The notes: generated by a model not told the origin, from the letters alone. Counted from the first letter of the stretch, positions 19,117 through 30,043 are shown. The stretch is DNA of 64,000 nucleotides from an uncultured archaeon (GCA_964486045.1 CAZALK010000002.1:265811-329810), one strand, 5' to 3'. Made by a program: numbers and translations.

Positions 19117-20223
19117 ATGAAGAAAATTGGGTTAATTTTGAACCCAATTGCAGGAATGGGTGGATCTGTTGGGCTTAAAGGTACAGATGGAGAAATATAT
19201 AGGAAGGCTATAAAAATGGGTGCTACATCAATAGCACCCTATAGATTAAACCAATTTCTATTGTATCTTAAAAATAAGCAAAAAATGTTATTATTAATAG
19301 CTCCGGGTAAAATGGGTGCTGATTTAATTATAAATAAGGGAATTAATTTTGAGATTATTGGCGTAATTGATAAAATAACAACATCAGAAGATACTAAAAG
19401 AATAGCAAAGCAGATGGTTAAAAATGACATCGAATTGCTTATTTTTTGTGGTGGGGATGGAACGGCACGAGATATTTATAATATAATTGGATTAAAAATC
19501 CCGGTGATCGCGATTCCTTCTGGAGTTAAAATGTTTAGTTCTGTATTTGCTCTTAATCCTCGAGCTGCTGCTCAGATTTTAGATAAGTTCTTGGATGAAT
19601 CAGTTGAAACACAGGAAAAAGAGGTATTAGACATTGACGAAGATCTTGTTAGAAATGACATATTGGAAACCAGATTATATGGTTATTTAAAAGTACCAAA
19701 AATCTTGAATTTAACTCAATTTGCTAAATCAGGTTCAAGACATGGAAATTCAATTCAAGAAAATAAACAAGAAATCGCAGAATTTATAATCGAAAATATG
19801 AATAATGACATTTTGTATTTGTTAGGTCCGGGGACAACAGTTAAAGCGATAACTGATCACTTGAAAGTTCATAAAACTCTACTTGGGATCGATGCATTAC
19901 TTAATAAAATAAGCGCAGGAGTAGATCTAAATGAAAGAAGGATCCTTGATTTATTAAGTAAATACCCAAAAACAGAAATTATTATATCTCCGATTGGAGG
20001 TCAAGGATTCATTTTTGGGAGAGGAAATAAGCAACTAACTCCTAAAATTTTAAAACAAGTAGGGAAAAAAAATATTAAAATAATAGCAACAGCTGAAAAA
20101 ATGAGAGAACTTGACTGTTTAAGAGTTGATACTGGTGATATAGATATCGATAATATGCTAGAAGGATTTGGAAAAGTAATTATTGGGTATAAAGAAGAAT
20201 TAATTGTAGAAATTCAATGCTGA
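19117..20223 (+). CDS. ATP-NAD kinase-like family protein
   Basis: NPIAGMGG, GGDGTARD, GVKMFS and GGQGFIFGRGN. Confidence 0.88.
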   Translation: MKKIGLILNPIAGMGGSVGLKGTDGEIYRKAIKMGATSIAPYRLNQFLLYLKNKQKMLLLIAPGKMGADLIINKGINFEIIGVIDKITTSEDTKRIAKQMVKNDIELLIFCGGDGTARDIYNIIGLKIPVIAIPSGVKMFSSVFALNPRAAAQILDKFLDESVETQEKEVLDIDEDLVRNDILETRLYGYLKVPKILNLTQFAKSGSRHGNSIQENKQEIAEFIIENMNNDILYLLGPGTTVKAITDHLKVHKTLLGIDALLNKISAGVDLNERRILDLLSKYPKTEIIISPIGGQGFIFGRGNKQLTPKILKQVGKKNIKIIATAEKMRELDCLRVDTGDIDIDNMLEGFGKVIIGYKEELIVEIQC

Positions 20224-20355
20224 TCTTCTTATAAAGAAGATTACAACTTTTTTTAAAAATTAAATTATAAAAGCATTATTCATTCTCAAAAATACATTTT
20301 TATTCTTGAAAGAAATTAGGAATTTTTAAAATTTAAAAAGAGGTTACAAGATAAA

Positions 20356-21471
20356 TTGCAAAAAAGTGAAGTTATTAATAAAGCATTAGAAATAGGTTTT
20401 GAAGATATTGGGTTCACAACAATTGAACCTTTTGAATCTCAACGAGAAATTTTGAATTCTAGAAGAGAAGAGTATGAATGGATTATAAATAGCTCTTTCG
20501 ATCTAGAGAAAGGTCTTGATGCTAAAAATATTATGCCTGATGGTAAATCTATTATTGTTTTGATTGATTTTCATTTCAGGGAAGCGTATCCCTCGAGTTT
20601 AGAAGGTCACTTTGGCCGTGCATATTTAGATGATGATCGTATAACTAGAAATAATATATACCTGCGTATAAAAGCATTCCGAAGCTATTTACGAGATAAT
20701 GGGATTAGTTCGAGAGCACCAGGCAATATTCCACATAGATTAACAGCAGCTAGAGCAGGATTAGGAACTTTTGGGAGGAATAATTTTCTTTATTCAAACA
20801 GAATCGCGCGAAAAAGCTCTTGGTTAACTCCAATACCTTTAATAGTGGATTATGAATTTGAACCAGATGAACCGACAGTTGAAATAGGATGCCCTAAATG
20901 GTGTAAAAATACTTGCATTGCTTCCTGTCCCACTGGTGCTCTTAGAGCTCCTAATACTATTGATCCTAGGAAATGTATATCATATCTTAGTTATTACCAA
21001 GAAGGAATAACTCCACTAGAACTTCGAGAGGCTTTAGGGACTTGGGTTTATGGTTGTGATCGATGTCAAGAAGTTTGCCCACGTAATAGGCCATGGTTAT
21101 CTCAGAATTTGCCTATAAATAAAAGAGTTGCTGCTAAGGAAAAAGATTTCGATTTGATAAACCTGCTCCATATGGATCTGAAATATTATCAAAAAAGAAT
21201 TTGGCCTCACATGTTTTATCAGTCATATAACGAGACATGGCGTTGGAAAATGAATGTGGCAAGAGCTATGGGAAATTCACAAGATTCAAAATATATACCT
21301 GAGCTTATTAAAGCTTTTAAAGAAAACTCAGATGAACGGGTAACTAGAATGATTGCATGGGCTTTGGGAAGACTAGGTGGAGTGGAGTCTAAAAAAGCGT
21401 TAGAATCCTTTCTTGATAAAGGTAATGGTGAAGTTCGAGAAGAAATTTCAATTGCTTTGAGAAATTTTTAA
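20356..21471 (+). CDS. Epoxyqueuosine reductase (QueG)-like protein with C-terminal HEAT repeats
   Basis: AGLGTFGRNN, CIASCPTGA, KCISY, GCDRCQEVCP and AWALGRLG. Confidence 0.8.
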   Translation: MQKSEVINKALEIGFEDIGFTTIEPFESQREILNSRREEYEWIINSSFDLEKGLDAKNIMPDGKSIIVLIDFHFREAYPSSLEGHFGRAYLDDDRITRNNIYLRIKAFRSYLRDNGISSRAPGNIPHRLTAARAGLGTFGRNNFLYSNRIARKSSWLTPIPLIVDYEFEPDEPTVEIGCPKWCKNTCIASCPTGALRAPNTIDPRKCISYLSYYQEGITPLELREALGTWVYGCDRCQEVCPRNRPWLSQNLPINKRVAAKEKDFDLINLLHMDLKYYQKRIWPHMFYQSYNETWRWKMNVARAMGNSQDSKYIPELIKAFKENSDERVTRMIAWALGRLGGVESKKALESFLDKGNGEVREEISIALRNF

Positions 21472-21530
21472 ACTTTGAAAGTAAATTATCTTGGATCTAT
21501 ATAATCAAGTAGAAAAAAAAAGGAAAAATA

Positions 21531-23411
21531 CTATTTACTTATCTTTAATTCATTCAATTTCTCTTCTGTTGGTCTTCCAGTTTCCCAATCCCAACCTCTA
21601 AATTTATAGTATTTTTGTAAATTGCCTTCTAATTCAATTTTTACATCAGTAGTTTTTCCAGATTTTAAGACTTTCAGCAGATGGCTAGGTAATCTATCAT
21701 CAGTCCTTGTTATCCCTAAATTACAATTTATTACTCTTTTCAAAGTATTGATTCGTTCACCAACAGTTGAAATTGATTTTACATCATAATTAAAATTAGT
21801 CGAGGCATTTATATGTCCCACTATGTCTTCTAGACTTGGATGTGGAAAGTTACAGTTTACAGCAGAATCATCAATAGCTCTTATATCTTGCAATGCCATA
21901 ACACCTTTCTCTCTTCGTTTAACTGTAGTTCTGTCTCCCCCTTGTATTTTTAATTTAGGGTAATTTATAGAACCAATCTCTACTGTAAACCAATCACATT
22001 TTTCATGGTTGGCACCAACACAACAAGTTATATAACTTAAAGCTTGTCCGGCAAATGCTCTAGGATCATGCATAGGTACTTCCAATCCTTTTACATGAGC
22101 AGCTAAGCCTGGGTCTACTTCAAATTTCTCTGCCATTGAACGTACACCTTCAGCAAGAATATTTCCAATACCTTTTCTCTTAGAAATCATTTCTATTAGT
22201 TTTAAAAGCAGATCCCCATTGCCCCAATGAATATCTTCAATGCTAAGATCATTTAAGTTTTGTTTTATTCTTTCAATGCCAAGCTTGTTTTCAACTAAAT
22301 ATATTAAGAACGCAATGCTTACACCACATGAAATTGTATCTACACCATAAACATTGCTCAAATGATTAGCTAAAATTACTTTTTTAGAATTAAACACGCC
22401 ACACAAAGGACCGAAGGCAGCAACTGACTCATATTCAGGACCATCTACCTTAATTTCTTTGCCGTTATCCTCAACGATTGTTTGTTTTCCACACTTTAAC
22501 GTACAACCAGCACATCCATAATCAAGCACCGGGTATTCTTCTCTTAACGTCTTTCCTGTTAATCTTTCTGCTAAAAACTCCGTTTCTGTATAATAATAGG
22601 CGGGAGTATCCCCGAGTGCCATTCCTATATCAAGATAACCATTTGTACCATATAATGTATATAAAAAAGATCCTAATCTCGCGGTGGCATCTCCTCTTAG
22701 CGCATCTTCAGCTTCTTTAATTAATACCTTTCCGATTTTATTATCATGTATTTGAACTCTACCACTTCCTATAACAGCTAAGGCTTTAACATTTTTCGAA
22801 GCCATAAGTGCCCCTAATCCACACCTACCAATCGCTCTTCCCTCATCATTTATCATTGCTGCATATTTCACTAAATTTTCTGCTGCTAAACCAACGGTAA
22901 CTACTCTTACTCGTTCACTATTTAAGTCTCCTTTTATAAGTTCCTGTGTTTCGTAAGTATCTTTTCCCCAATATTTACTTGCATCTTTAAACTCAATAGT
23001 CTTATCATGAATATACAAATAAGTAGGAGATTCAGATTTTCCGGTAATGACAATTGCATCAAAACCACTATTTCGTAGTGAAATACAGAAATATCCCCCA
23101 GAAGAACCTTCACCCCATATTTTTGTAAGAGGTGATATCCCTGTTACAGTATATCTGCCCGAAGATGGTCGAATTGTGCCCGTTACAGGTCCGGTTGCAA
23201 AGATTAAAGGATTAATTTCATGGAAAGGATCATTTTTCAAGGTTTCATAATCATTATCTGACAGTAAATCATATGTTAATTTTGCACTTAATCCTGTTCC
23301 ACCTAAATATTCCTTGGCAATTTGAGGATCTAAATCTTTAGACTCCCACTTTTTATTACTTAAATCGACATATGCGATTTTTCCATTATAACCAATTAAA
23401 TTATTACTCAT
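21531..23411 (-). CDS. aor: Aldehyde:ferredoxin oxidoreductase (tungstopterin)
   Basis: ISPLT, GRCGLGA, CAGCTLKC, GPEYE, HVKGLE and RGWD. Confidence 0.93.
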   Translation of the reverse strand: MSNNLIGYNGKIAYVDLSNKKWESKDLDPQIAKEYLGGTGLSAKLTYDLLSDNDYETLKNDPFHEINPLIFATGPVTGTIRPSSGRYTVTGISPLTKIWGEGSSGGYFCISLRNSGFDAIVITGKSESPTYLYIHDKTIEFKDASKYWGKDTYETQELIKGDLNSERVRVVTVGLAAENLVKYAAMINDEGRAIGRCGLGALMASKNVKALAVIGSGRVQIHDNKIGKVLIKEAEDALRGDATARLGSFLYTLYGTNGYLDIGMALGDTPAYYYTETEFLAERLTGKTLREEYPVLDYGCAGCTLKCGKQTIVEDNGKEIKVDGPEYESVAAFGPLCGVFNSKKVILANHLSNVYGVDTISCGVSIAFLIYLVENKLGIERIKQNLNDLSIEDIHWGNGDLLLKLIEMISKRKGIGNILAEGVRSMAEKFEVDPGLAAHVKGLEVPMHDPRAFAGQALSYITCCVGANHEKCDWFTVEIGSINYPKLKIQGGDRTTVKRREKGVMALQDIRAIDDSAVNCNFPHPSLEDIVGHINASTNFNYDVKSISTVGERINTLKRVINCNLGITRTDDRLPSHLLKVLKSGKTTDVKIELEGNLQKYYKFRGWDWETGRPTEEKLNELKISK

Positions 23412-23432
23412 AATCTTCCCTCAATGTATTTG

Positions 23433-24725
23433 TTAAAAATCTATATCTTTTCCATCCCATGCATATTCATATATTTTTTTAAAAAGATTTTTAGACATAG
23501 GTCGATAAGAAGTAAGAGCGACGGCATCATTATCAGCATATTCTGCTAATATATCAACCTTTTCTATATACTCCTCCTGAGTAATTGGTGGTTCCTTTAA
23601 TTCTTTTACACAGGAGGGACCCTCAATAGAATGGATGAAATCTTTTACTGCAGCCAAAAACTCTTTTAATAACATATCTTTGTCTTTACCTTCAGTTCTA
23701 ACACCAAAAACAGGACATAAATCCATCCATCTTTCTGTTACTTTTGCTTGGAACCCAACTGAATAAGGTAAAAACAGACCTACAGAAAGTCCATGATGCA
23801 CCTTGAATATTTTCCCAAAACTATGACCTAAAGCATGATCAATTCCGGGCATAGTGTTTCCAAATCCAAGCCCTGCTAAAGCTGCTGCTAATTGCATATG
23901 ACTCCTAGCTTCTATATCTCCCTTTCCATATTTATAAGCACGTGGTAGATATTTTAAGGTCTCTTTTATTCCAGCTATATTCAATGCATCAGCAAGGGGG
24001 TTTCCCCAATTAGATACATAACTTCCAACAGCATGCGCAAGAACATCTAATCCAGATCCTCTTGTTAAAGAAGGAGGCATATCTTCTACAAAACTAGGAT
24101 CCAAAATTGCAATATCTGGTACTATTTCGGGATTTGAGATTGTTAACTTCTTGTGAGGTGTTCTATTAGTATCCGTCAAAACGGCAGCAGGAGTTACTTC
24201 CGAACCTGTTCCTGATGTAGTAGGAATAGCTACTAAATATCTAATTTTCTTTCGTAATCCTAATGGGTCACCAATTGGTAGCATCATATGAAAGTTTGCT
24301 TCGGGTTTTTCGTATTTAATCATAATAGCTTTAGCAGCATCCATTACACTCCCTCCACCAATCGCTATTAGGACTGTAGGTTTAAATTCTTGGCATATTT
24401 TTACCCCACCATCAACATTTGCTAATGGTACTTCTGGTTCTACTCCAGAATAAATCTTATACTCTATTTCGCAAAAGTCAAGGTTTTCAGTAACTATACT
24501 AGAAAACTTTTGTGTAAAGGAATCAACAATGATTAAAGCTCTTCTATCTTTTTTATCAATAACAGCTTTAATCAATTGTGCCATCGTAAGAACCCCAGCT
24601 TTACCCATAAAAATCTTCGATGAACTAAATGTTGATGTGATACCTCTAATGGCTTTTCCCCCAAACAAACCCATCATATCCTTAACAACTTGTTGTTCAT
24701 ACCAAGTAGGTTGATTTTGACTCAT
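23433..24725 (-). CDS. Iron-containing alcohol dehydrogenase
   Basis: GGGSVMD, PTTSGTGSE, DVLAHA and HALGH...HHG. Confidence 0.93.
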   Translation of the reverse strand: MSQNQPTWYEQQVVKDMMGLFGGKAIRGITSTFSSSKIFMGKAGVLTMAQLIKAVIDKKDRRALIIVDSFTQKFSSIVTENLDFCEIEYKIYSGVEPEVPLANVDGGVKICQEFKPTVLIAIGGGSVMDAAKAIMIKYEKPEANFHMMLPIGDPLGLRKKIRYLVAIPTTSGTGSEVTPAAVLTDTNRTPHKKLTISNPEIVPDIAILDPSFVEDMPPSLTRGSGLDVLAHAVGSYVSNWGNPLADALNIAGIKETLKYLPRAYKYGKGDIEARSHMQLAAALAGLGFGNTMPGIDHALGHSFGKIFKVHHGLSVGLFLPYSVGFQAKVTERWMDLCPVFGVRTEGKDKDMLLKEFLAAVKDFIHSIEGPSCVKELKEPPITQEEYIEKVDILAEYADNDAVALTSYRPMSKNLFKKIYEYAWDGKDIDF

Positions 24726-24884
24726 ATTATATCTACTCTCTTTAATTTTTTTATTTTTTTTGGGTTTCTTTTAAAGTTGTTAATAGGTATTAGTTAAGGT
24801 CATTAATAAATGCTTTAGGATTAAATTAATTTGCTATTGTGCATATAAATTACTAATCTAGTCAAATTCAAAGGATAGCATATT

Positions 24885-25727
24885 ATGGATAGAGAAATTA
24901 ATATTGTATCTGTTATAGGTGCGGGTTATTTGGGAAAACAAATTATTGAGAAATCACTCCTTTATAATTATAAATTTAAAGTTTTTGATACCAATAAGGA
25001 TGATTTAGACGCTTTCACAAAAAAAATGGAAGAAAAAATTAAACGTGAAAATTTAGGAAGTTCAATAACTCAATATTCTTCTATTGCTGAAGCAGTTAAG
25101 GAGGTTGATCTTGTCATTGAAGCTGTTCCTGAAAAGCTCGAGTTAAAACGTGAAATCTTCCCTAAGATAGATCAAGCTGCTTCACCTCACACAATTATCG
25201 CCACAAATAGTTCATCCATACCGATTTCAAAGATTGAAGACGTTGTAGAAAGAAGAGATAAGGTCATGAATATTCACTTCTACGATCTTTTTACTCTCCC
25301 TGTAGCTGATATTATGCGGGGAACTCAAACAAGTGAAGAAACCTTCGATAAGGGTAGGACTTGGTTAGAGAGTATCGAAATCACGCCCCTTGAAGTTAAA
25401 AAAGAATGTTATGGTTTTGTCATGAATCGGATTTGGAGAGCTATTAAAAAAGATTGTCTAAAGATTTGGGCGGGTGGTCATGCGGATATAGAAACTGTTG
25501 ATAAGGCATGGAAATTTTTTTGTCAATTTTTCCTCAAAAATGATTATGGACCTTTCCAATTCATGGATCGGATTGGATTAGACGTAGTTCGTGATATAGA
25601 GATGTCCTACTTTAAAAATACCGGTCTCCCTGATGATAAACCACCAGACCTGTTGGATGAGATGGTTGATAGAAGCGAATTGGGGGTTAAAACGGGAAAA
25701 GGATTTTATAATTATGAAAACAAATAA
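24885..25727 (+). CDS. 3-hydroxyacyl-CoA dehydrogenase
   Basis: GAGYLG, IEAVPEKLELK, TNSSS, GFVMNR and GPFQFMDRIGLD. Confidence 0.92.
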   Translation: MDREINIVSVIGAGYLGKQIIEKSLLYNYKFKVFDTNKDDLDAFTKKMEEKIKRENLGSSITQYSSIAEAVKEVDLVIEAVPEKLELKREIFPKIDQAASPHTIIATNSSSIPISKIEDVVERRDKVMNIHFYDLFTLPVADIMRGTQTSEETFDKGRTWLESIEITPLEVKKECYGFVMNRIWRAIKKDCLKIWAGGHADIETVDKAWKFFCQFFLKNDYGPFQFMDRIGLDVVRDIEMSYFKNTGLPDDKPPDLLDEMVDRSELGVKTGKGFYNYENK

Positions 25728-25792
25728 TTTTATTTCAATTTTTAATTTAAAAAAGTAATCCTTATAGTCTTTTTTTATATTTATTAATAAGA

Positions 25793-26509
25793 ATGTCAGA
25801 AAAAAGAAAACAAGAAATTCAACGGATAAAAGAACTAGAGAGTATTAATTTAGCTACAGACGATATTAGAGATCTTGTAGTTCAAACTAAAATGGAAGTA
25901 GAAAAAGATAATGAAAACCTGGCACAGCAGAATAATCAAGAACTAAAGAAGTTTAATATAAAATCAGTGGACATTGTTGGAGCTATTGGTGCTGGAAAAA
26001 CTGCAATCATTGAAAAAATTGTTGAAATCTTATCCAAGAAGTATAGAATTTTAGTAATTTGTGGTGATATAACTACAAGAGTAGACGCGGATAGAATCCA
26101 ATCACATAATGCTGAAACGATTCAGATAAACACCGGTCGAGAATGTGCCTTAAATGCATATCATATTCATCAAATTATCGAAAATAAAGATCTAAACAAC
26201 TATGATTTACTATTCATTGAAAATGTGGGAAATTTGATTTGCCCGTCTGATTTTACTCTTGGTACTGATAAACGTATTACTATCGTCTCTACAACTGAGG
26301 GAGAATGGGTTATAGAAAAGCATCCTATGCTATTTAAAATGTCTCAAGTTGCCGTTATTAATAAAATTGATTTAGCGGAGAGATTAGGAACTGATATTCA
26401 AAAGATGATTCAGGATGCTAAAGAAATTAATCCTGAAATCCATGTTATAACTACAAGTGCTAAAACTGGGAAAAATATTGAAAAATTAATTGAGATATTA
26501 GAATTATAA
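25793..26509 (+). CDS. hypB: Hydrogenase nickel incorporation GTPase HypB
   Basis: GAIGAGKT, ENVGNLICP and NKID. Confidence 0.9.
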   Translation: MSEKRKQEIQRIKELESINLATDDIRDLVVQTKMEVEKDNENLAQQNNQELKKFNIKSVDIVGAIGAGKTAIIEKIVEILSKKYRILVICGDITTRVDADRIQSHNAETIQINTGRECALNAYHIHQIIENKDLNNYDLLFIENVGNLICPSDFTLGTDKRITIVSTTEGEWVIEKHPMLFKMSQVAVINKIDLAERLGTDIQKMIQDAKEINPEIHVITTSAKTGKNIEKLIEILEL

Positions 26510-26521
26510 TTCTTCTTTTAA

Positions 26522-26953
26522 ATGAGAATAATGAAAGAATTACTAAAGCAATTAGAGAATCTACTTAACGAAAAAGAAATTGATTTAGCAAAAATTAATC
26601 TATTAAAAACGAAACTTTTAAAGGACCATATTAATGGATTAAAAATAGATAATTTTATAGGGGACTACCCTACTTTCATGGAACCCGTTATTCTTGGAGA
26701 CAAAGTCAAAATAGGTGATGATGTGCTCATTGGTCCCAAGGTTTACATTGGAAATAATTCGGATATTAAGGACTATTCAGAAATTTCTAATTGTATAGTA
26801 TTTGATAATGTTACAATTGGGAATAACTTCAAATTAAATAATTGTATAGTCGTAAAAGGTAGTAAACTTAATTTTGATAATTTCAGCGATCAGAATTGCA
26901 TCTTAAAGGGAAAAGCAGAATCTAAGGAAGAGTTAGAAATAATTTTACTTTAA
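26522..26953 (+). CDS. Left-handed beta-helix (hexapeptide repeat) protein
   Basis: VILGDKVKIGDDVLIGPKVYIGNN repeats. Confidence 0.8.
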   Translation: MRIMKELLKQLENLLNEKEIDLAKINLLKTKLLKDHINGLKIDNFIGDYPTFMEPVILGDKVKIGDDVLIGPKVYIGNNSDIKDYSEISNCIVFDNVTIGNNFKLNNCIVVKGSKLNFDNFSDQNCILKGKAESKEELEIILL

Positions 26954-27019
26954 ATCCACGATTTAAATTTTAGGAATTTATCAAACGACACCAGGTTACG
27001 CGCAACTCGCCTCGGTGCG

Positions 27020-27078
27020 CTATAACAATTTGTACCATTTAACATGGAACCTTCGGTTAATGAACCAAATTGTTATTT
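27020..27078 (+). mobile_element. Solo attC-like integron recombination site (59 bp)
   Basis: CTATAAC-aattt-GTACCATT-taacatggaaccttcggtt-AATGAAC-caaatt-GTTATTT: 7/5/8 and 7/6/7 box geometry with an extra C at position 4 of L''. Confidence 0.5.
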
Positions 27079-27194
27079 TTATCATCGATACCCTTCGCTG
27101 GAGTGTTGTAACCAAATGTGAGCACTTCATTATATATTGATATTCATTTTCTAAATATTAATGTTTTTTGAATTCTTTTAGAATATATTATAAA

Positions 27195-28133
27195 ATGAAA
27201 GATAGAAGATTAGGGAAGGTAAAGAAGATTCTCCAGAAAAAAGAGGAATTTTCTGATTTAAGCAATTGGGAAATTGAAAAAATTAAAGTGGGAAATACCA
27301 GTCCGATTAAGTTAAAATTATCTATAGAAAGCACCAAGTATTTTGTTAAACTGATAAAAGATAATGAGAAACAAATTCTTAAAATCTTGAGTTCCATGAA
27401 TTCGGAATTGATTCCAAAGGTAATTTATCCTGACTTGCTTGATCAAAACATTCTTTTATGCCAATTTATTGATGGAGGTACCCTTAAAAATCGAAATCTT
27501 GATCCCGAACTAATAAAAAATTTTGCTCAAATGCAAAATCTATTGAATGATGATATATTCATAAAATGGAGCAAATTTCTAGATGGATATATTAGAACAA
27601 AAATAGATAATGGTATGTTCCGTAATTATGTCTTGGAAAGCATTCCTCTAGGATATGATAACTTGCTTGAACTAAAAAAATTAAGATTGGATATCGTTGA
27701 AGATTTTCTAGAAATCTTTGATGTTTTAATAAAAAAGTCCGATTTAATCGCCCGTGAATACGCAAAAATGCCATTTGCAAGGCAACATCATGATTTCAGA
27801 GAGGATAGTATTACTAGATCACCCCAAAAACTTGTGGATTGGGGATCTTCATATGGTCATGGTCCTTTTCTTTTTGATCTATCTCCATTTTTGTGGAAGA
27901 ATCCGAAAAGTCTCAAAATCTTTATGGATAGTTCATCAATTTGTCGGAATTCGAATGAAGAGCATATTATGAGATGGTTGTTTATTGCTACATGCTTCAG
28001 ATTTATCTTAATGTGTAGATACTTTCTGTTGATTATCAGAAAAGGCTTTAAATTCAAGCAGCGCCTCGAAGAATTTTTCATTTATAACCATGAAACATAT
28101 AAAAATCTGACCGAACAGGAACATTGGATTTAA
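27195..28133 (+). CDS. Phosphotransferase of the APH/choline kinase-like fold
   Basis: YFVK, HHDFREDSI (Brenner-like) and LVDWG; ATG 27195 preferred over TTG 27168. Confidence 0.8.
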   Translation: MKDRRLGKVKKILQKKEEFSDLSNWEIEKIKVGNTSPIKLKLSIESTKYFVKLIKDNEKQILKILSSMNSELIPKVIYPDLLDQNILLCQFIDGGTLKNRNLDPELIKNFAQMQNLLNDDIFIKWSKFLDGYIRTKIDNGMFRNYVLESIPLGYDNLLELKKLRLDIVEDFLEIFDVLIKKSDLIAREYAKMPFARQHHDFREDSITRSPQKLVDWGSSYGHGPFLFDLSPFLWKNPKSLKIFMDSSSICRNSNEEHIMRWLFIATCFRFILMCRYFLLIIRKGFKFKQRLEEFFIYNHETYKNLTEQEHWI

Positions 28134-28200
28134 TACTGACTTTGTAGTATTCTTCAAAAAATCTATGGATATCAATAAACATTATCGAGATTAAATCCTT

Positions 28201-29049
28201 TCATCGAAATGAAGGAATTATTTCCTCAGCAAATTGTTTTATTGTATCCGTCATTTTTGTACCTCGTTGAAAACTTGCTAGAAAATAACCTGCACCAGAA
28301 TCTACAGCCTGTTCCACTTTTGTACGATATTCTTCTACATCAGGAGGTCTCATTTCTCCTGCCATGAATGAGACTTCATCAACTCGATTATGAAATCGTG
28401 CCGATTCAATAACAATTTTCCTCATTTCCTCCGGATCACTCCCCGGCCAAGGTGGGAGAAAACAAATGTTTCCATATTGACCTACTAGTTTCAACATTCG
28501 TGTTCCTCGACTTCCAAAAAGGATTTTTGGGTAAGGTTTCTGTACAGGTTTTGGATCCAAAATCGCTCCTTTAGCTTGATAATATTTTCCTTCGAAATTA
28601 ACCTCTTCTTTAGTCCATAATTGGATCATCAACTCAAGACCTTCATATGTTTTATCTACTCTCACTTTTGGCCCATTCCATTCACTATATCCTTCAAATT
28701 CTATTTGAGACCATCCAGCACCTACTCCAACTATAGTACGTCCACCAGATAAAACATCTGCAGTTGCTATCATTTTAGCTAATACCCCTGGAGGTCGAAA
28801 AGGGACGGGGGAGACAAGTGTACCTATTTTGATATTTTCTGTTTTTGCTAATAAATATGTTATAGCTATCCATGTTTCAAGAGTTCTATTTGTATCTGGT
28901 CTAGGAAGCCAAGGTAATTTTCCCCACATATAATGATCAGGGAGTATTGCTCCATCAAAACCAGATTTATCCGCTTCTATAATAGCTTCTTCAATCATTT
29001 TATAATCATTATACCAGTTTCCTAAACCACCTAAAATGAATTTCATCAT
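28201..29049 (-). CDS. LLM-class oxidoreductase
   Basis: LPDH, IGTLVSP, GRTIVGVGAGW and PKPVQKPYP; paralog of 13489..14340. Confidence 0.9.
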   Translation of the reverse strand: MMKFILGGLGNWYNDYKMIEEAIIEADKSGFDGAILPDHYMWGKLPWLPRPDTNRTLETWIAITYLLAKTENIKIGTLVSPVPFRPPGVLAKMIATADVLSGGRTIVGVGAGWSQIEFEGYSEWNGPKVRVDKTYEGLELMIQLWTKEEVNFEGKYYQAKGAILDPKPVQKPYPKILFGSRGTRMLKLVGQYGNICFLPPWPGSDPEEMRKIVIESARFHNRVDEVSFMAGEMRPPDVEEYRTKVEQAVDSGAGYFLASFQRGTKMTDTIKQFAEEIIPSFR

Positions 29050-29123
29050 ATAAATATTATATACCTCAAGTTTTATTAATTAATGGAGTAAGTTTTATCT
29101 GTCAACCTTTCCATTTTTATTTC
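29028..29123 (+). repeat. Direct repeat copy A: LLM gene 5' end plus upstream region
   Basis: Ungapped match to 29948..30043, 77/96 by hand count, starting with 21 identical bases CACCTAAAATGAATTTCATCA. Confidence 0.9.
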
Positions 29124-29185
29124 CCCAAATGCAATCAAAATATCTTCCATCTAATTTAATAAGATTAATTGATACTTATACAATA

Positions 29186-29533
29186 ATGATCCATAAAGTT
29201 AGATTGCTTAAGGAGAAGCATTTAAAAGAGTTAGAACAAGAATTAAGTCGTGTAATTTCAGAATTAATTAAATTGGGTGCTATAAAAATTATACAATTTG
29301 GATCATCCATCCGAGAGGAATTAAGCTTAACAAGTGATATTGATTTAATTGTAATCATTAAATCTGAACAAAATTTTATAGAACGATCAGCAGAAATTTA
29401 TAAAAAGATAAAACCTAAAGATGTTGATTTGCTCATCTATACTCCTATTGAGTTTAAACATATGAAAGAAGAAAATTTATTTATACAACATGTATTAAAA
29501 GAAGGAAAAATTATTCATGAGCGAATTAAGTAA
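29186..29533 (+). CDS. MNT antitoxin
   Basis: FGSSIR...SDIDL...DVDLLIYT; start moved from 29129. Confidence 0.88.
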   Translation: MIHKVRLLKEKHLKELEQELSRVISELIKLGAIKIIQFGSSIREELSLTSDIDLIVIIKSEQNFIERSAEIYKKIKPKDVDLLIYTPIEFKHMKEENLFIQHVLKEGKIIHERIK

Positions 29534-29930
29534 ACATTCTAAGGAAGCAAAAAGATGGTTTGATCAATCATTAGAAGATTTAAAGAGTGCTACAATTCTA
29601 TTTGAAAATGAACGCTATTATCTCGTCTGTTTTATATCTCAACAAATTGTTGAAAAAGCTTTAAAATCTGTGATTTATTTTAATAAAGAAGATCTCGTTC
29701 TAGGGCATTCAGTTAAGAAATTGGCTGATTGGGCTGGTACTTTCGATAATAAGTTTGCAAAGTTGGGCGAAGATGTATCTATTTTAGATAGTTATTATAT
29801 TCCAACTAGATATCCTAACGGACTACCAGAGGGGATACCTGCTGAAGTATTTAACAAAAAGTATGCTAAGGATGCCTTAGAATTAGCTGAAACTACTATT
29901 AAAATAGTAAAATCATATCTAAACTCATAA
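29517..29930 (+). CDS. HEPN-domain protein
   Basis: QQIVEKALK, GHSVKKL and YIPTRYP. Confidence 0.9.
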   Translation: MSELSKHSKEAKRWFDQSLEDLKSATILFENERYYLVCFISQQIVEKALKSVIYFNKEDLVLGHSVKKLADWAGTFDNKFAKLGEDVSILDSYYIPTRYPNGLPEGIPAEVFNKKYAKDALELAETTIKIVKSYLNS

Positions 29931-29947
29931 AAGAAGATATGGTATTT

Positions 29948-30043
29948 CACCTAAAATGAATTTCATCACAATTGTATTTTATATCTCAAGTTTTATTTAT
30001 TATTAGATTTAGTATTATTTCTCAATCTTACCCTTTTTAATTC
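29948..30043 (+). repeat. Direct repeat copy B: orphan copy of the LLM gene start and upstream region
   Basis: Offset exactly 920 bp from copy A. Confidence 0.9.

Noticed and set aside
26985-27130. tRNA, SECIS or group II intron fragment
   Set aside because: No cloverleaf or domain V consensus seen, and no in-frame TGA gene nearby
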